DNA of 62,996 nucleotides, counting the filler. It is 13 parts of 13 records of this genome, joined end to end, with 100 filler letters (N's around TTAATTAATTAA, not from the genome) between each part and the next. Parts side by side here need not be neighbours in the genome. Positions count along the whole stretch, not along the records: positions 46,016 to 49,183 come from SRR7504441_16884; positions 49,284 to 53,580 come from SRR7504441_16886; positions 53,681 to 57,760 come from SRR7504441_16892; positions 57,861 to 62,996 come from SRR7504441_16902; 9 more parts are not named here. One strand, 5' to 3'. The position numbers were made by a program, and so were the translations under genes. The notes beneath the pieces were generated by a model. It was not told where the DNA came from. It saw only the letters and a program-made list of their open reading frames with translations, and did not search any database. Shown here in pieces: positions 47,912 to 60,287 of this stretch (its first letter is position 1; the number at the start of each line of letters is the position of its first letter).

Positions 47912-48106
47912 ATTGGATTCGGATTAAATAATAATTCGGATTAAATAAAAACGTGGGTATGTTACTAAAACTAGTGCGAGCAGCATAGCTATCATGACGA
48001 GCTCAGTCAAGAGTAAGTCAAGAGAACTCAGTTCAGACCTAGTTGAGACTTGTACTTAACTGCCTGACAACAGTCGCTGTGAAGGGCCGTCGACGCCAAA
48101 ACACTC

Positions 48107-48695
48107 TCAGGCGATCACACAGCACCCCCCGCCCTCCTCCTCGTCCTTCGTCTTGGGCGCCTCCTCGGCCGCCGCCTCTTCTTCAGCCGCCGCCTCCTCC
48201 TCCGCGGGGGGCCTCCGCCTCGGCCGCTGCCTCCTCCGACGGCGCCTGCCCCCCCACCGCACTCATGCGCCGCCGTCGCTCCTGAGCCGGGTCACCGCGC
48301 GCTGCCCGGGGGGCGAGGGGGGTCGGGCCTTGGGGGATCCAGCCGCCTGTACGAGGAGGTCAAGCGCCAGCCCAGCCGGGGCGCCAACGGACTTTGCTGG
48401 GCGACTTGGGACTGTTGGCCTCCTTTTTCTCCTGGTCCCACTTGTCCTGCTCCTCCTTCTGCCGCTTGGCCCGGTTCGCCTTGCGCGCCTCGTTCTCCGC
48501 CTCCTGCGCTGCCATCCTCTCCTGCTCCGCCTTGGCCACCGCCTGCCTCGCCTCGACATCCGCCTTCTCTCTGTCCTCCCGAGACTTGCGGCGCGCCTCG
48601 GTCCGCTTTTCTGTCCGCTCGCGCTCCCTGGCGATCTCGGCCAGCGCGTCCTCCTCCATCTTGCGCATCTTGGCGGACCCTCGTGGCGAGCTCAT
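48107..48695 (-). CDS. Small charged coiled-coil protein
   Basis: MSSPRGSAKMRKMEEDALAEIARERERTEK.., E/K/R/A-rich; the 3' exons and end are approximate. Confidence 0.55.
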
Positions 48696-49050
48696 CTTCG
48701 CTGGCGGGTATGTACCGCAGCCACAACGGCGAGATCGCGCCGTTAACGTTGAGCGACGTCTAGACTGAAGTCACCTGTGCAGGCACGCACTGCAGGCATA
48801 GTGCAGGCAGATTGATGGGGTTGGGATGGACGCGTTGCAGGTGCTAGGCCGGGACGAGTATTCCGAGTGCGATTAGTCGCTAATCGTTAATGCATTGTGT
48901 AGTGTTGTGGAGTCCTATTTATAAAACTAGACATCAGTCGAATCATTCGAGCGACAAACGTCGATTGAACACGATCAAAATTATGCTTGGTGATTCTCAA
49001 GGCAGAGTCAATATTCCGTGTACCAGTGTGTCGAGGTCGATGACGCATGC

Positions 49051-49183
49051 CTAAAAGGTTTTGAGACCCGCGAGTTTCCTAGGCGTGCGCTCGCCCTGTT
49101 CCACACCATGCCCCAGCCGGCCTTCATCGCCCGACCCAAAGGTGTAGACCTGTTGCTGCTCCTGAGTCATCACCACGCTGTGA
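49051..49183 (-). CDS. RCC1-repeat protein, last repeat
   Basis: HSVVMTQEQQQVYTFGSGDEGRLGHG..RTPRKL then TAG; absent from the ORF track. Confidence 0.85.
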
Positions 49184-49283
49184 NNNNNNNNNNNNNNNNN
49201 NNNNNNNNNNNNNNNNNNNNNNNNNNNTTAATTAATTAANNNNNNNNNNNNNNNNNNNNNNNNNNNNNNNNNNNNNNNNNNNN

Positions 49284-49906
49284 CCGTCAGCTCCCTCCGC
49301 CCAGATCTCGAGCCGCTTGATGCTCTTGAGAGTATCCGCAGTGGGACACACGGATGAGTCGTCAGCGCACTCCTTGGTGTGGCCGCCGGTGGCCGGGCTC
49401 CACATGTCCGAGAACTGGTTGAACGGCACGCGAACTTGGCTGAAGTCCGAGCCGGCCGGCACCGTGAAGCTGGCCTTGAAGCAGCCCCGGCTGAGCGGAA
49501 TCGAGCCGCCGCCGGAGCAGGCGTAGGCCGGCGAGAGGGTGCCGGCAGCGAATGACACCCGGAAGCCCGTGTAGGCAGGGGTGGTGCTCCGGACAGAGAG
49601 AACCAGCTCGCCACCGAGCGCGCTGGAGGCATCTGGGAAGGTGCCGTCGGCCGAGGCCTTAATGAAGCCCGGGGCCTTGAGGCTGGGCACGTCCTTGACG
49701 GTCCCGGTGAACCGGCCGAACTTGCCCGTGGCGTCCACGGAGAAGTTGCCGGAGGACTGGCCGCCCATCACTGGGTCGTTCAGCTCGACGAACTTGAAGA
49801 AGGTGGGCCCCGAGCCGGTGAAGGTTGCCAGCGGCACGTCGGCCCGGGCGATGGCCAGCAGCAGCGGGAGCAGGCAGGAGCGGAGGGGGAGAGAGCGGGT
49901 CGACAT
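49284..49906 (-). CDS. Secreted CIA30-like domain protein, 3'-truncated
   Basis: Signal peptide; LNDPVMGGQSSG, LKAPGF and VRVPFNQFSDMW. Confidence 0.85.
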
Positions 49907-50378
49907 GTTGCGTCGTGTGTTTCGTTCGGACTGCGCGGGTGTCCCGCCGCAGATCCACGTTGACCTGACCGGTAGCTAAAAGCCGGTTAAGAAGACCGGG
50001 CTTTTATTATCGATAATCCAGATCTACTGCGTTGCACGTACGTTGTACGGTTAGAGTAGATTAGCCACACGTAGTATAGCTCAGCTAGCGAGCTAGCTCG
50101 AGATCAGCGTACGTTGTTAGACGTTTGTCGCCCGGCCCACAATGGTGTATCGGGTGCCGAATAAAGCTAAAGTAATTATTTGTTAATCTCGTATAAGTAC
50201 ACAATTTTGCAATTCGTCACATTTTATGACTCCAATGATGATTATAAACCGATATAAACAGATGATAAAAGCTAAGTTCCAATTCTATAAGCCAAATCCT
50301 AAGCTAGAACTAACGGATGCAGCTTTTCTGCTTTCATTGACCTATATCATTGGCCACTTTTAAACAAGGTTTGGGGTG

Positions 50379-53300
50379 TTAGTAGTTTCTATGATACTTG
50401 TGGAGTTGCCTACATATCACATCGAGCTTATCAATCCGTTGCCTTCTACTGATGCGCTCATGGCGTGAGCAATTGAGCAACTCTTGTTGGGCGTTGAACA
50501 GCTCATCATTCATTAGTTTGAGCGTAGCAGTAGTGTCATGCTCTGAGCCGAGCAAATCCGGATGCAAGATTTGATTGAATTTTTCAGTGTTGGTGGCACA
50601 GAGCTGCTCAAGCTGCTCGTGAGTAATTGTGTCGCCGGCCTGCACTCTATCAAACGCGTCGTCCACTATCTTAGCGATGGTCTCTGCGGCGTCGATGACC
50701 TCCTCGGACACCTCGCTCATTCGTAGGCACTCCTGAGCACTAGCAGACTCCTCTGCGTCCTCGAGCAGATCTCCGCAGGCTTCTGCTGCTGATCCCTCTA
50801 ATGCGTGATAGACCTCCTGTACCTTCTGGGCGTAGCTTGCTCGCGAAACAGTCGCCTCCGCCTCATCACCCACCAGCTTGCACAACATCGCACCCTGCTG
50901 CTTGACATCGCCTCCTCGGGTAGACATGCTCCCCATCCCCTTTATATACTCAAACATGGACAGAAACCTGCATCTCTCACTCAGATCCGGCGCCTAGCTG
51001 CAACTTGCCCGTCGCCGTCTGCGTCCAAAAGCCCAAATAGCCTGTCCGCGATCTCAGGGCTGACTCCAAGCACTTCCTTGAATCTACACACACCTGGTCA
51101 GCACATGACCAACCGCCAGCCCACCTGCTCGAGCTTATACACGGCTCACCCTCTCGCAGCAAGCTCCTGAATTTGTTTTCGCTGTCGTCCAACTCAAACG
51201 GAAAGTGGCTCTGCTCCAGGATCCGACGCTCGGCCGTGGACAACTGGGCCTTGTCGGTGAGACTCCGACCGACCATCTGCTCTGTGATCTGGCCCATTGA
51301 TCGTGAGGCATTCTCGAGCAGGTCGCTGCAGCCCTGCATTGCGCTGCCCCCCACCGCAGTCATTAAATCACCTGCAGCCACCCAGCTTGGCCCAGCCCAG
51401 CCGCCGGTCTGGCACCACTGCTGTCGCTGCTTGATCCAGAGCTGCTGGCCTGAGTGCTCTCATCCTCACTGAGGTTGCCGTCGGAATCCGAGTCGCCGGC
51501 CGGCTTGTTGTAAGTCTCGACCTCCACCATGCAGTCCACCCCAGGGATGTTGAGAGGTGCCGCGTGCGGCCTGGAGCTCACCTCGTGAGTAAACTCCTCC
51601 TGAGGCCAACCCATCAGCCTATTCCGGGCTAGCTTGGGACCTCATGCTGGCCTCTGAGCTCGAGCAGCCGAGTGAGCACCGTGTCGTCCTCGTACGCGAG
51701 CAGCATCAGCTTGTCGGCGTCGAAGGTGCAGAGCGGGGCGTTCTTGAGCTTCTGGAACACGTCCTCAAACGTCTCGACCCCGATGATCTCCTCGTGATTC
51801 AACTTCAGTAGCGCAACAGTACAGCTACCGCGCAGTGAGCTGGCTGGCGAGGGGGTGGGCACCGGAAGAGCACGTCTCGCCCGTCCTGCATGAAGCAATC
51901 CCAAATGCGGGCGGCTGTCTCTGCAGGCACCACCCCAATGAAGATACACATGAACCAGCGCGTGGTGATGGTGGCAAGCGAGATGTCCAGCTGCTTGAGG
52001 TGCAAGTCGAGCTCCGGGATCTGCTCCTCGATCACCAGCGCCAGCAGCATCTGGTCTACTTGCACCTGCGGCCGCCCTCCCCCCGGGCAGAGGCTCGCGC
52101 CACACCTGGACCATCCCCTTCATGTAGTACCCAGACATCCGGTCATCCACGACCCTGGTCAGGCACCAGAAGGCGGCCATCTCGTCCATGTACAGCAGCA
52201 GGAAGGCGCACAGGAAGTTCATGGCCTGGCAGTATCCCACTTTGGCGTTGTGCAAAGAGTAGGCCAACAGCACTCTCTCTAGCATCTGACGACCTGCCAA
52301 GTTGCACAGGAACGGATGGTCTGGGAACGTCCGCGGGATATCCTGCCCGCGCCTCAGCCGCCACGGGCTGGGCTCGGGTAGCCTGCACTATATCCCTGTG
52401 CCATTGGGTGCCCTCGACGTATGCTTGCCTCACGAGCTCCTCGTAGTGGCTCTCCGGCCGGGCAGCGCACACGAGGTCCGCGCCCAGCAGCTCCTGCCAC
52501 ACCTGCGACCGGAGGAAGTCCGGCATCCCCCGGCTGGCACGCCTCAGCCTTTCTCCAGCTGAGCCGCACCGGAGCAGCGTCGAATCCTCCAGCTCGGTCC
52601 TGAGAGGGAATCCGTCCGCATCTCGTGCTCGGCTAAGCCTGCGCTCCTCCCAGTCGCTAGTCGGGCTCGTATCCTTAGGGTTGTCCCAACTCGGGGTCCG
52701 GCCTGCCCAGGCAGCTCGCGCGGCCGGTGAGGCCGCCTCACTAAGTCGGAGCGTGCGGCGCTCCCAGACCAGGTACTGCTCCTCAAACATCGATGGCACA
52801 ACGAACCCGTGCCCGTCCCAGACCAAGAGCCGCTTCCGGCGCACGTGCGACGGTGGCTGCAACGGCACCAGCAGCAGCGTGCATCTGCGCCTGGTGAGCC
52901 CGAGCTGGGTGGCGGGCGCACTTTTGGGCCGGAAATTGCTGCTGGGATCCGCGCAGCAGGAGTTCCTTCTTCTCCAAGGGCTCGAGCGAGGCGATCGGGA
53001 CTTGCCAGGTGGTGAGTGCATGCCCGGAGATCCGGATGTCGCCCTCGGTGGCGTGCAGCAGGTTGATCAGGATCATCTCATCCCGTTCGTACGCCAGCAG
53101 CCCCACCTGCTGAGCCTGACCCCGCGGGCTCGCCCCCGGCCGAGGGGGGGCGCACCTCCAGGTTGGAGAGCGACTGGGTTGCCCCGATCCGCAGCTCGAG
53201 GAACAACTGGTCCGGCGGGATGGCCGCGCTGGGCGAGGCCGGCGACAAGGATCCAGTCCGCTGCAGCCCGCGCTGCGGCGCAAACCGGACCAAGATCCGG

Positions 53301-53580
53301 GCGACCGGCTGCGGCCGGAGCGCCAGCCGGGATCGCGAGTCGAGCGCCGAGCGCGACTTGTTATCCGAGCTCCACATAGCCGGTGCCGCGGCGGCAGGCC
53401 TAGGGGCGAAAGCCCGAGTCGGCAATTGGCTGACCGTTGATGTCGTTGCCAACGGCACCCACCGCCCTCTGATCTCCGCCCCTCATCCCATCTTAACCCG
53501 TCTCCATCGAGCGCGAGGAACGGCACCAGCCTCTGATCTCCGCGTCTCCATCAGTCATGTCCGAGCTCCCGTCTCCATCG
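50379..53580 (-). CDS. TBC-domain Rab-GAP with C-terminal EF-hand-like region, multi-exon, 5' uncertain
   Basis: GMPDFLRSQVW, DIPRTFP (Arg finger), VGYCQAMNF (Gln finger), AFWCL and RIWDCF. Confidence 0.88.
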
Positions 53581-54131
53581 NNNNNNNNNNNNNNNNNNNN
53601 NNNNNNNNNNNNNNNNNNNNNNNNTTAATTAATTAANNNNNNNNNNNNNNNNNNNNNNNNNNNNNNNNNNNNNNNNNNNNGAGAAGGCGGCCAAGATGAA
53701 GCGGCTACAGGCCAAGAAGGACGAGCTGATGCAAGGGCTGGGCTGAGGGCGATGGCTACTTCAGGAGGACTTGATAGTGAGCATTCCCTCAGCGCTGGCA
53801 CTAATTTCTTTGCCGATAGTGCTGGATGGTTCGTCAACCCTGTGCCTAAATGAAGCCGGGTACCTAGAATCGCGGAATCAAGGCTAGTACTAACGTGCGT
53901 AGCGTGTCAGAGCGGACAGCGGATCGGTTCGATGATCATTTAATTCGATATACCTCGCAGATTTCAATGCTTTTTCAAACAAATCGTGCGATCGTGCGAG
54001 GTAGAGCAAGTAATTACATGTAGTTCCGGGGGCAGGGTCACTAGGGTGGGGTTAGCGAGGTAGCCCGACCTACCGGCCTCCATGTCGGCATGATCCAACC
54101 CGCCGTGATGAGATTTCGTTGTCTACAGGTC

Positions 54132-55372
54132 ATGGCCACCCGCCGAAGCTGGCTGGTGCTGGTGCTGCAGCTGCTGTGGACCGGGAGTCGGCCGGAGTGC
54201 AGCGAGCAGTGGACGGCCGGGGCGATCGGGCTGCTCCCGCTCGGTCTGGACCTGCCCGCCCAGCTCTGCCGGCAGCTGGTGCGGGCGGCCGAGCGGAGCG
54301 GTTACAGCGCCGACCCGGACAGCATAGACGGGCAGGCGGTGCTGGACATTAACGTATTCAACCATCAGCAGGTGCTCAATGAGGAGATTTACGGGCTGCT
54401 CCAGCCTTACCTGCCCGAGATGAAGCGGCGGCTGGACATGCGCTTCCCCGAGGCGGTCAACTCGCTGGACTGGGTGTTTGTCCGCAAATACGAGGCCGGC
54501 CACAGGCGGGATTCCCTCCGCGGGCACCACGACGAGAACCAGCAGACCATAAACGTCCCGCTCAACGGGCAGGACGAGTATGAAGGCGGGCGGCTCTTCT
54601 TCGTACCGGTGGGCTCTCGGCTCGGCCAGCTGGCGGCCCGGAACAAGCTGGATGACCCGGACGCGGTGCTGGACGGTCGACGAGTGGACGGCCGGTGCAA
54701 CCAGTCGGACTATTTCTTCCCACACCAGCAGCTCGGGCGCGCGATGGTCCCCTTGCCGTGGGTTAGGTAGTCCGGTGATAGGCCACGGCAGGTCTACAAC
54801 AACACGATCTGGCATGGCGTCACGCGGGTCAGCAAAGGTGCACGGTAAGCCAGAGCCGAGCCGCGCGGCGCGGATGGGCCGGTGCAGGTTCACGCTGTCG
54901 CTATTCTATGATGAGCCTGAGCGGTCAACTGAGACGTCTGGAGGCAGCAATCAAGCTAAAGTCACGATCGAACATAATTGGCCCGGCGACAGCGACACGG
55001 CGCCTTACTGGATCAGGAACTCGGACGCGGTGCCCGCGGGCGGGGCTGGGCTCCCATTTGTGCCGCAGGTGACTGGAGAGGATGGCCAGTTGCTGCCGGT
55101 AAGCCAGCTGACGTTAGACACGATCTCGCCCGAGGGAAGGGTGCGGCAAGACGACGAGGACACGCCGTGGAGGTGCTGTGATGCTGGCGCAGCGGCCGAA
55201 GGTGGGCAGGTTTGGGGCCAAGCTGACGATCAACACGTACCGTGGCCACATCTTTGCAGTGATGGACAGCGCAGGCAGGGTGGTCAGATTGTGGCGTGTG
55301 AATTCTGGAGGTGAGGACCTGCCGGTGCGGTGGGTGACGGGCGGGTCAAGGCGGGGATTGGTTGGTGTATGA
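54132..55372 (+). CDS. 2OG-Fe(II) oxygenase (P4H/PLOD-like) with C-terminal VHL-beta-like domain; signal peptide
   Basis: FVRKY..LRGHHDE..TINVPLN..YEGGRL..WHGVTRVSKGARFTL gives the HxD..H..R triad; then PYWI..INTYRGHIFAVMD. Confidence 0.78.
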
Positions 55373-55845
55373 GCCGTCGGTAGCGCCGGGGGGCGCACTG
55401 GCTGGAGCGGATGAGGCGGTCGAGGGTGAGCAGGGGCACGAAGATCTGTGATGATTATCTGCTACGTAAAATAATATCTAGGTTTAGAGTAGGCGCCGCT
55501 TGAGCGGGAATAAAGACATCGTATCGGCGGATTGCGAATGCTGACTAAAGTTGCAAGGTGTGTATGCAACCTTGTACATGTAAACAAACAGTACTCGTAC
55601 ATGTTACGTCCGCCAGCGAATGTCCTCAACTCAGCCCTCGATTTATAAAATAACACGTTACGATACATACTCGAAAGATGAAAGTGCATCGCAGAGGGCC
55701 GCGCCGCCGCCTACACTGTGCAAACCTGCGCCATGCGTGTCCGCGAGATCACCGGCAGCGCCAACTCTTAGCACCAGCTCGTTCACCCCGCACAGAGCCG
55801 TCTCCAGGCGCCCTCCGACCGAGCGCTTAAACGCCAGCGGCCCGA

Positions 55846-56247
55846 TCAGGCCATCCGGGGCGACCCGTCCAACGCCTGGCCGTGGAACCGCCACCGGCTC
55901 GGGCTATCGGCGCTAGGCTCGGTGATGATCGTGTCGGGCGCCGCCAGGTTGTCATACTTAGCCATGAACTCGGCGTGCCCGAGCTCTGAGTCGGGGTGGT
56001 ACTTGAGCCGCGGGTAGATGTACACCACCCCGTTCACCTTGACGCCGTACTCGCCGATGCTCTTGGGACCGTTCTGGCCAGCGAACTCCATCTCGGTTCC
56101 GTTGGCTACATACCGCGAGCAGGCCACAGGACCTAGCCCGAGCGCCTGCTGGCACAGCTCGCCGAACCGGGCCACGCTGGTGTGCGGCCCGGTCGGGTTC
56201 ACCGCTACTTCGCCCGCGCCCGACTCTGTCTTGACCCACACCTTCAT
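55846..56247 (-). CDS. Ubiquitin-like domain protein (3' end may extend to 55658 by splicing)
   Basis: MKVWVKT..RYVANGTEME..SIGEYGVKVNGVVYI fits a beta-grasp pattern. Confidence 0.6.
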   Translation of the reverse strand: MKVWVKTESGAGEVAVNPTGPHTSVARFGELCQQALGLGPVACSRYVANGTEMEFAGQNGPKSIGEYGVKVNGVVYIYPRLKYHPDSELGHAEFMAKYDNLAAPDTIITEPSADSPSRWRFHGQALDGSPRMA

Positions 56248-56315
56248 GCCCACCGCAGAGTGCACCTGCCAACGACTTTATTTTAACGACTTTTTCGCGG
56301 CGGGCGGTGGGGGAA

Positions 56316-57161
56316 ATGATCCGGGCTGCTGTTTGCGTTCTTGCCGCGGCGGCCAGCGTTCGGTCGTCGGAGCTGCAGGCAGAGATCGCCGAGATCCTGG
56401 AGCTCTCGCCTGTCCAGATCGGCATGCCGGTGCCCACCGGCTGGCTCTCGGCCGGGCAGCTGCTCGCGGCCGACCTGCCCGTGTGGGCCGCCGGGGCCGC
56501 TGCTGCCACACTCTCGGCCACCCAAGCCCTGGGCGTCGCGGACGCGGGCCGCGTCGCCAGCGCGGTGAGGCGACAGTGCGACCCGGATCTGGCGGTGCAC
56601 GCCTGTGCGCTGCGGTCGGAGGCTGAGGGCTGCAACGTCACCGGATCAGCCACCGAAGATAAGAACCGGTTCCTCGATCTGCGAGTGTACAGCAGCCCCG
56701 CGGCAGCCGGTGTCCGCGTGGTGGTTGCCGAGGATGCCGCGCGCGCTGTCAACCGGCCGTTATCTTTCAACGTCGTGATCGATGAAACCGTTGTGGCCGG
56801 TCAGAACGCTTCGGGCCCACTGGTTGGGCGGAACCTGTCGCCCGCGGCTGCGGCGCGCGGGATGGACGCCATGCGACCCCGATGGGCCAATGGCAGCCTG
56901 GTCCGAGCAGTGGTGGCCATTACCGAGCAGTGGCCTTGGGAAGCCTGCATGCCTCGCCTGCGGAGCTCTCCAACTAGAGGTGCAGATCTAGACTTCGAAA
57001 CGGCGGTCCGGTCAGCGCTCGAGCGGGTGGTGGGCGCCGGTTTCTCGGTGGGTTTCGGCGAGCTGGTGAGGAGCTCTGAGGGGGTGGTGTTCACTGTTTC
57101 GTACGCGCTCTGCGGGCACTGGATGGCGATGCCTGTAACTGTCCAACTAAAAGCCAGTTGA
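56316..57161 (+). CDS. Secreted hypothetical protein
   Basis: Signal-like MIRAAVCVLAAAASVRS; uninterrupted ORF with N-glycosylation sequons. Confidence 0.6.
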   Translation: MIRAAVCVLAAAASVRSSELQAEIAEILELSPVQIGMPVPTGWLSAGQLLAADLPVWAAGAAAATLSATQALGVADAGRVASAVRRQCDPDLAVHACALRSEAEGCNVTGSATEDKNRFLDLRVYSSPAAAGVRVVVAEDAARAVNRPLSFNVVIDETVVAGQNASGPLVGRNLSPAAAARGMDAMRPRWANGSLVRAVVAITEQWPWEACMPRLRSSPTRGADLDFETAVRSALERVVGAGFSVGFGELVRSSEGVVFTVSYALCGHWMAMPVTVQLKAS

Positions 57162-57271
57162 TAACCTGCCTCGACCCAATAAAACAAGACCCTCAATCAA
57201 TAGCCAATAGCAATCGCCCCTCTTTATTATTCACCGGCCCTCAGGCCAGGCCATATGGATCTCGGCTGACA

Positions 57272-57733
57272 TCACAGAGGCGGGATGGGCGCACCGATCT
57301 GAATCCAGTAATTGAGCGGGTAGGTCGGGTCCTTTTGGATCTTGCCCGACGGGTCGGTGAACCCGATTGCGACCTGCGGCTTCGCCGAGTCGCCGCTGGC
57401 GTCGGCGGGCCCCGAGGGCGCGGTGAGCTGACGCAGGGATGCTTTCAGCGCGCAGGGCGGTGGCCCTGGTTTGCCGGGCACGCGGAAATCGACGAGGGCG
57501 GTGCAGTCCTTGAGCTCGAGCGGGGCAAGCACAGACCACGTCTGGTTGTTCCCGTGAGGGGTGATGCGGAGCGTCATGGGGTTGGTGAGGAGCTGGACTT
57601 TCTTCTGGTCGCCGTCGTGCATGTCGGCCACCACCACCGAGGAACCGATCTCGAGCACGTCCAGGCACCGGGTGGCCGCGGCCGAGCAGAACCCGACCGC
57701 GAGGAGCAGGGCGCAGAGATGGTGCCGCGCCAT
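57272..57733 (-). CDS. Secreted hypothetical protein
   Basis: Signal peptide MARHHLCALLLAVGFCSA; motifs DMHDGDQK, DFRVPGKPGPPP and FTDPSG. Confidence 0.7.
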   Translation of the reverse strand: MARHHLCALLLAVGFCSAAATRCLDVLEIGSSVVVADMHDGDQKKVQLLTNPMTLRITPHGNNQTWSVLAPLELKDCTALVDFRVPGKPGPPPCALKASLRQLTAPSGPADASGDSAKPQVAIGFTDPSGKIQKDPTYPLNYWIQIGAPIPPL

Positions 57734-57860
57734 AATACACGGATTGCCACATAGCCAACGNNNNNNNNNNNNNNNNNNNNNNNNNNNNNNNNNNNNNNNN
57801 NNNNTTAATTAATTAANNNNNNNNNNNNNNNNNNNNNNNNNNNNNNNNNNNNNNNNNNNN

Positions 57861-58512
57861 TGCCATCGGTGAAATCGGCAAACCTGGTGTCCAAGGAAAG
57901 AAGGGCGCACTCGGTGAAACGGGTGAGCGTGGTCCGATTGGTGTCACTGGTCCAACTGGCAAGCGTGGCCCCAAGGGCAAAAATGGTAAGCATGGTAAGA
58001 AGGGCAAGAACGGACGGCGTGGCCTTCCTGGCAAGGCTGGTATGCCCGGTCGCAAAGGTCCTCGTGGCAGCAAGGGTACCACAGGCGTTGGCATGGCTGG
58101 TCCTCCCGGCCGATCCGGTTCTCGTGGTCTTCCAGGAGTTCAAGGTCCTGCTGGCCGCAGGGGCTCCAAGGGAGCAAACGGCATCGCTGGCCCCAATGGC
58201 AAGAAGGGCAAGGACGGTCAAGCTGGCAAAAACGGTAAGCATGGCAAGGCTGGGCCTGCGGGCAAGCCTGGTCCTGATGGTAAGAAGGGGCCAAAGGGTG
58301 ACAGCTGCAAGAGTGAACTGCAGATTCATCTGAACGCTCTCAAAAGCTATGTGGATATGAAATTCGATGTATTAAAAGGCATGATGGACAAGACATTGGC
58401 ACGCTCTTCAGAGGGAGACATGGAGCTCGGAGAGGATGACGATGTTGGTCTTGGCGACATGGAAACACAATTGCAACAATCTATGACCAAGATGGACATG
58501 GAATCGAACTAG
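57861..58512 (+). CDS. Collagen-like (Gly-X-Y) protein, 5'-truncated
   Basis: About 45 Gly-X-Y triplets with one interruption (GVGMAG), K/R-rich, followed by a helical and acidic tail. Confidence 0.88.
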
Positions 58513-58823
58513 TGTGGAATGATTTATTAGGTCAACTCAACTAGTCAAAGTTTGTCGACCAAAGCAATAAATTGAAATATAAGATTAACAAACTTGGCTT
58601 TACGCAGCGCATTGATGATGTAGGTCGTTCGGCTATCGTTAGGCAAGGTAAGAGCTACATGTACAAACAAGCGGCTCGATCACGCAATCCCGGGAGTCGG
58701 CGTTATAGCGTTACGGCGTCAATTATACAATATGATTATCCGAAGACATGTGCTCCAGCTGCCGCGTATATGTACACACGTTTTAATCTCGCATTTGCAG
58801 CTATTGATGTATATTGATGGGGG

Positions 58824-60155
58824 TCAACAGGGTCCATTGATGCAACACTTGGTGCTATCCTCGTCTACCCAGCCGTGCTTCTTTTTCCTCTTCGCTCTAA
58901 ATTTCAGGTGGCACCCTGCAAAGACGAAGATGCCTATGGCTAGCAAATATAAAAACAGGATACACAACAGCGATGCTTCGTCAAAGTCGTACCGTGCGTC
59001 TTCATCTACGAACTTGCACCTAGCAGCCAAGAGATTTTGAATACCAAGTAGTACCAGAATGGAGATATTGACCAGCACGTACGCATCTAGGTAAGTGATG
59101 TAGCTGATCTGGGGCAATTTGTCAGCCACCGTGAGCTTAAACGCGACGAGGGTCAGGATCAAAGAAAGAGTCACACTGCTCCGCCCGGATAAATCATTTG
59201 CAGGGATGCCATACACAATGCAGCCCAGTATCGTGATCAGGCATACTGGTAGCATGACGTTCCAGACATAATATTCGTGGCGTCGCAGCGCTATGACGTC
59301 GACGAATAGATGCGAGAACTTTTGAGGCCTTTCCGGGTCCCAAGCCTGAGCAGTGTATATTGGCTCTAACTTTAACTTGAACTCGGGCTGCTGCAGGCTC
59401 CTGTCCACTGTTGCTCGTCAGATTACAATGCGAGGCGCTTAGGAGCTACCTCTCAGTTTTCGCTTGGCGCCTCCGTCATTTCCAGTGTCGGCAGACAGCC
59501 GGACCATGTCTTTGGCCTTAATATCCCACTCGGGCTGTGGGTGATTTGAGGCTATCATGAGCGTCAGATATTGCGTGTCAAAAGGAAAGTTACGCAGCTT
59601 AAAGTCTGCCACCCCCAGCAGGCATTCAGCCCGCTTTTAATGCGCCTAGCTCGGCTTACCGTCTCGGAAAGTCCCAGTGTAGTCGCCCCTCTGCTCCACA
59701 ACATCCTCGCCGTCCCGACCCTCTCGCCATGAGCACCAGCGCTTCGATAGGTTTTTGGCGGTCAGCTCGCCCACTTGGTTCATAAACTCGAGTCTGGGGT
59801 TGAACAGCTCTTCCTCTGGCTTGTTGCGCGCCCCGGGCTCCACCCACATCGCCCGCAGGAAGAACTCGGCGTCAAAGGTCTGCTGCACCGTATCCACGTT
59901 GTAGATCGCAAACAGGTTGATGTACAGTGCTATATCCCATACTGTGACGTCCTTCACACGCCGGCTGATCTCCCGGGCCTCCTGCTCAGTCTCAGAGATG
60001 CTCCTAAACATAAACACGCGCGACCGGTCCTCCGGCTCCACGTCGGCCTTGCTGTCGGCCGGCAGCGTGTTGACGAAGTGCGCAGCGTCGCGCTGGCTGG
60101 GCAAGATCCCGACCGCCATGTGGGTGCCGATCTCGATCTCCGACGGGTCGGTCAT
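58824..60155 (-). CDS. Pentameric ligand-gated ion channel, Cys-less (Pro-loop) type, 2 introns
   Basis: NVDTVQQTFDAEF, FNPRLEFMN, LRNFPFDTQ, RRHEYYVWNVMLP, M2 GRSSVTLSLILTLVAF and LPQISYITYLD. Confidence 0.9.
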
Positions 60156-60287
60156 CCTGCGGACTCCTGTCGCAGGGGTTGCCTTGCCAGTGGTCCACCC
60201 GAAAAGTTCACATTCATTCCGTTATTTCGCGCAGCGGTGGGACTGCCGGCCGCAGCAGGGGTTGGGGCGTCCGTGTGCCAGCGGTCC

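Noticed and set aside
53681-53746. EKAAKMKRLQAKKDELMQGLG-stop fragment
   Set aside because: Probably a gene end, but 21 codons cannot be assigned.
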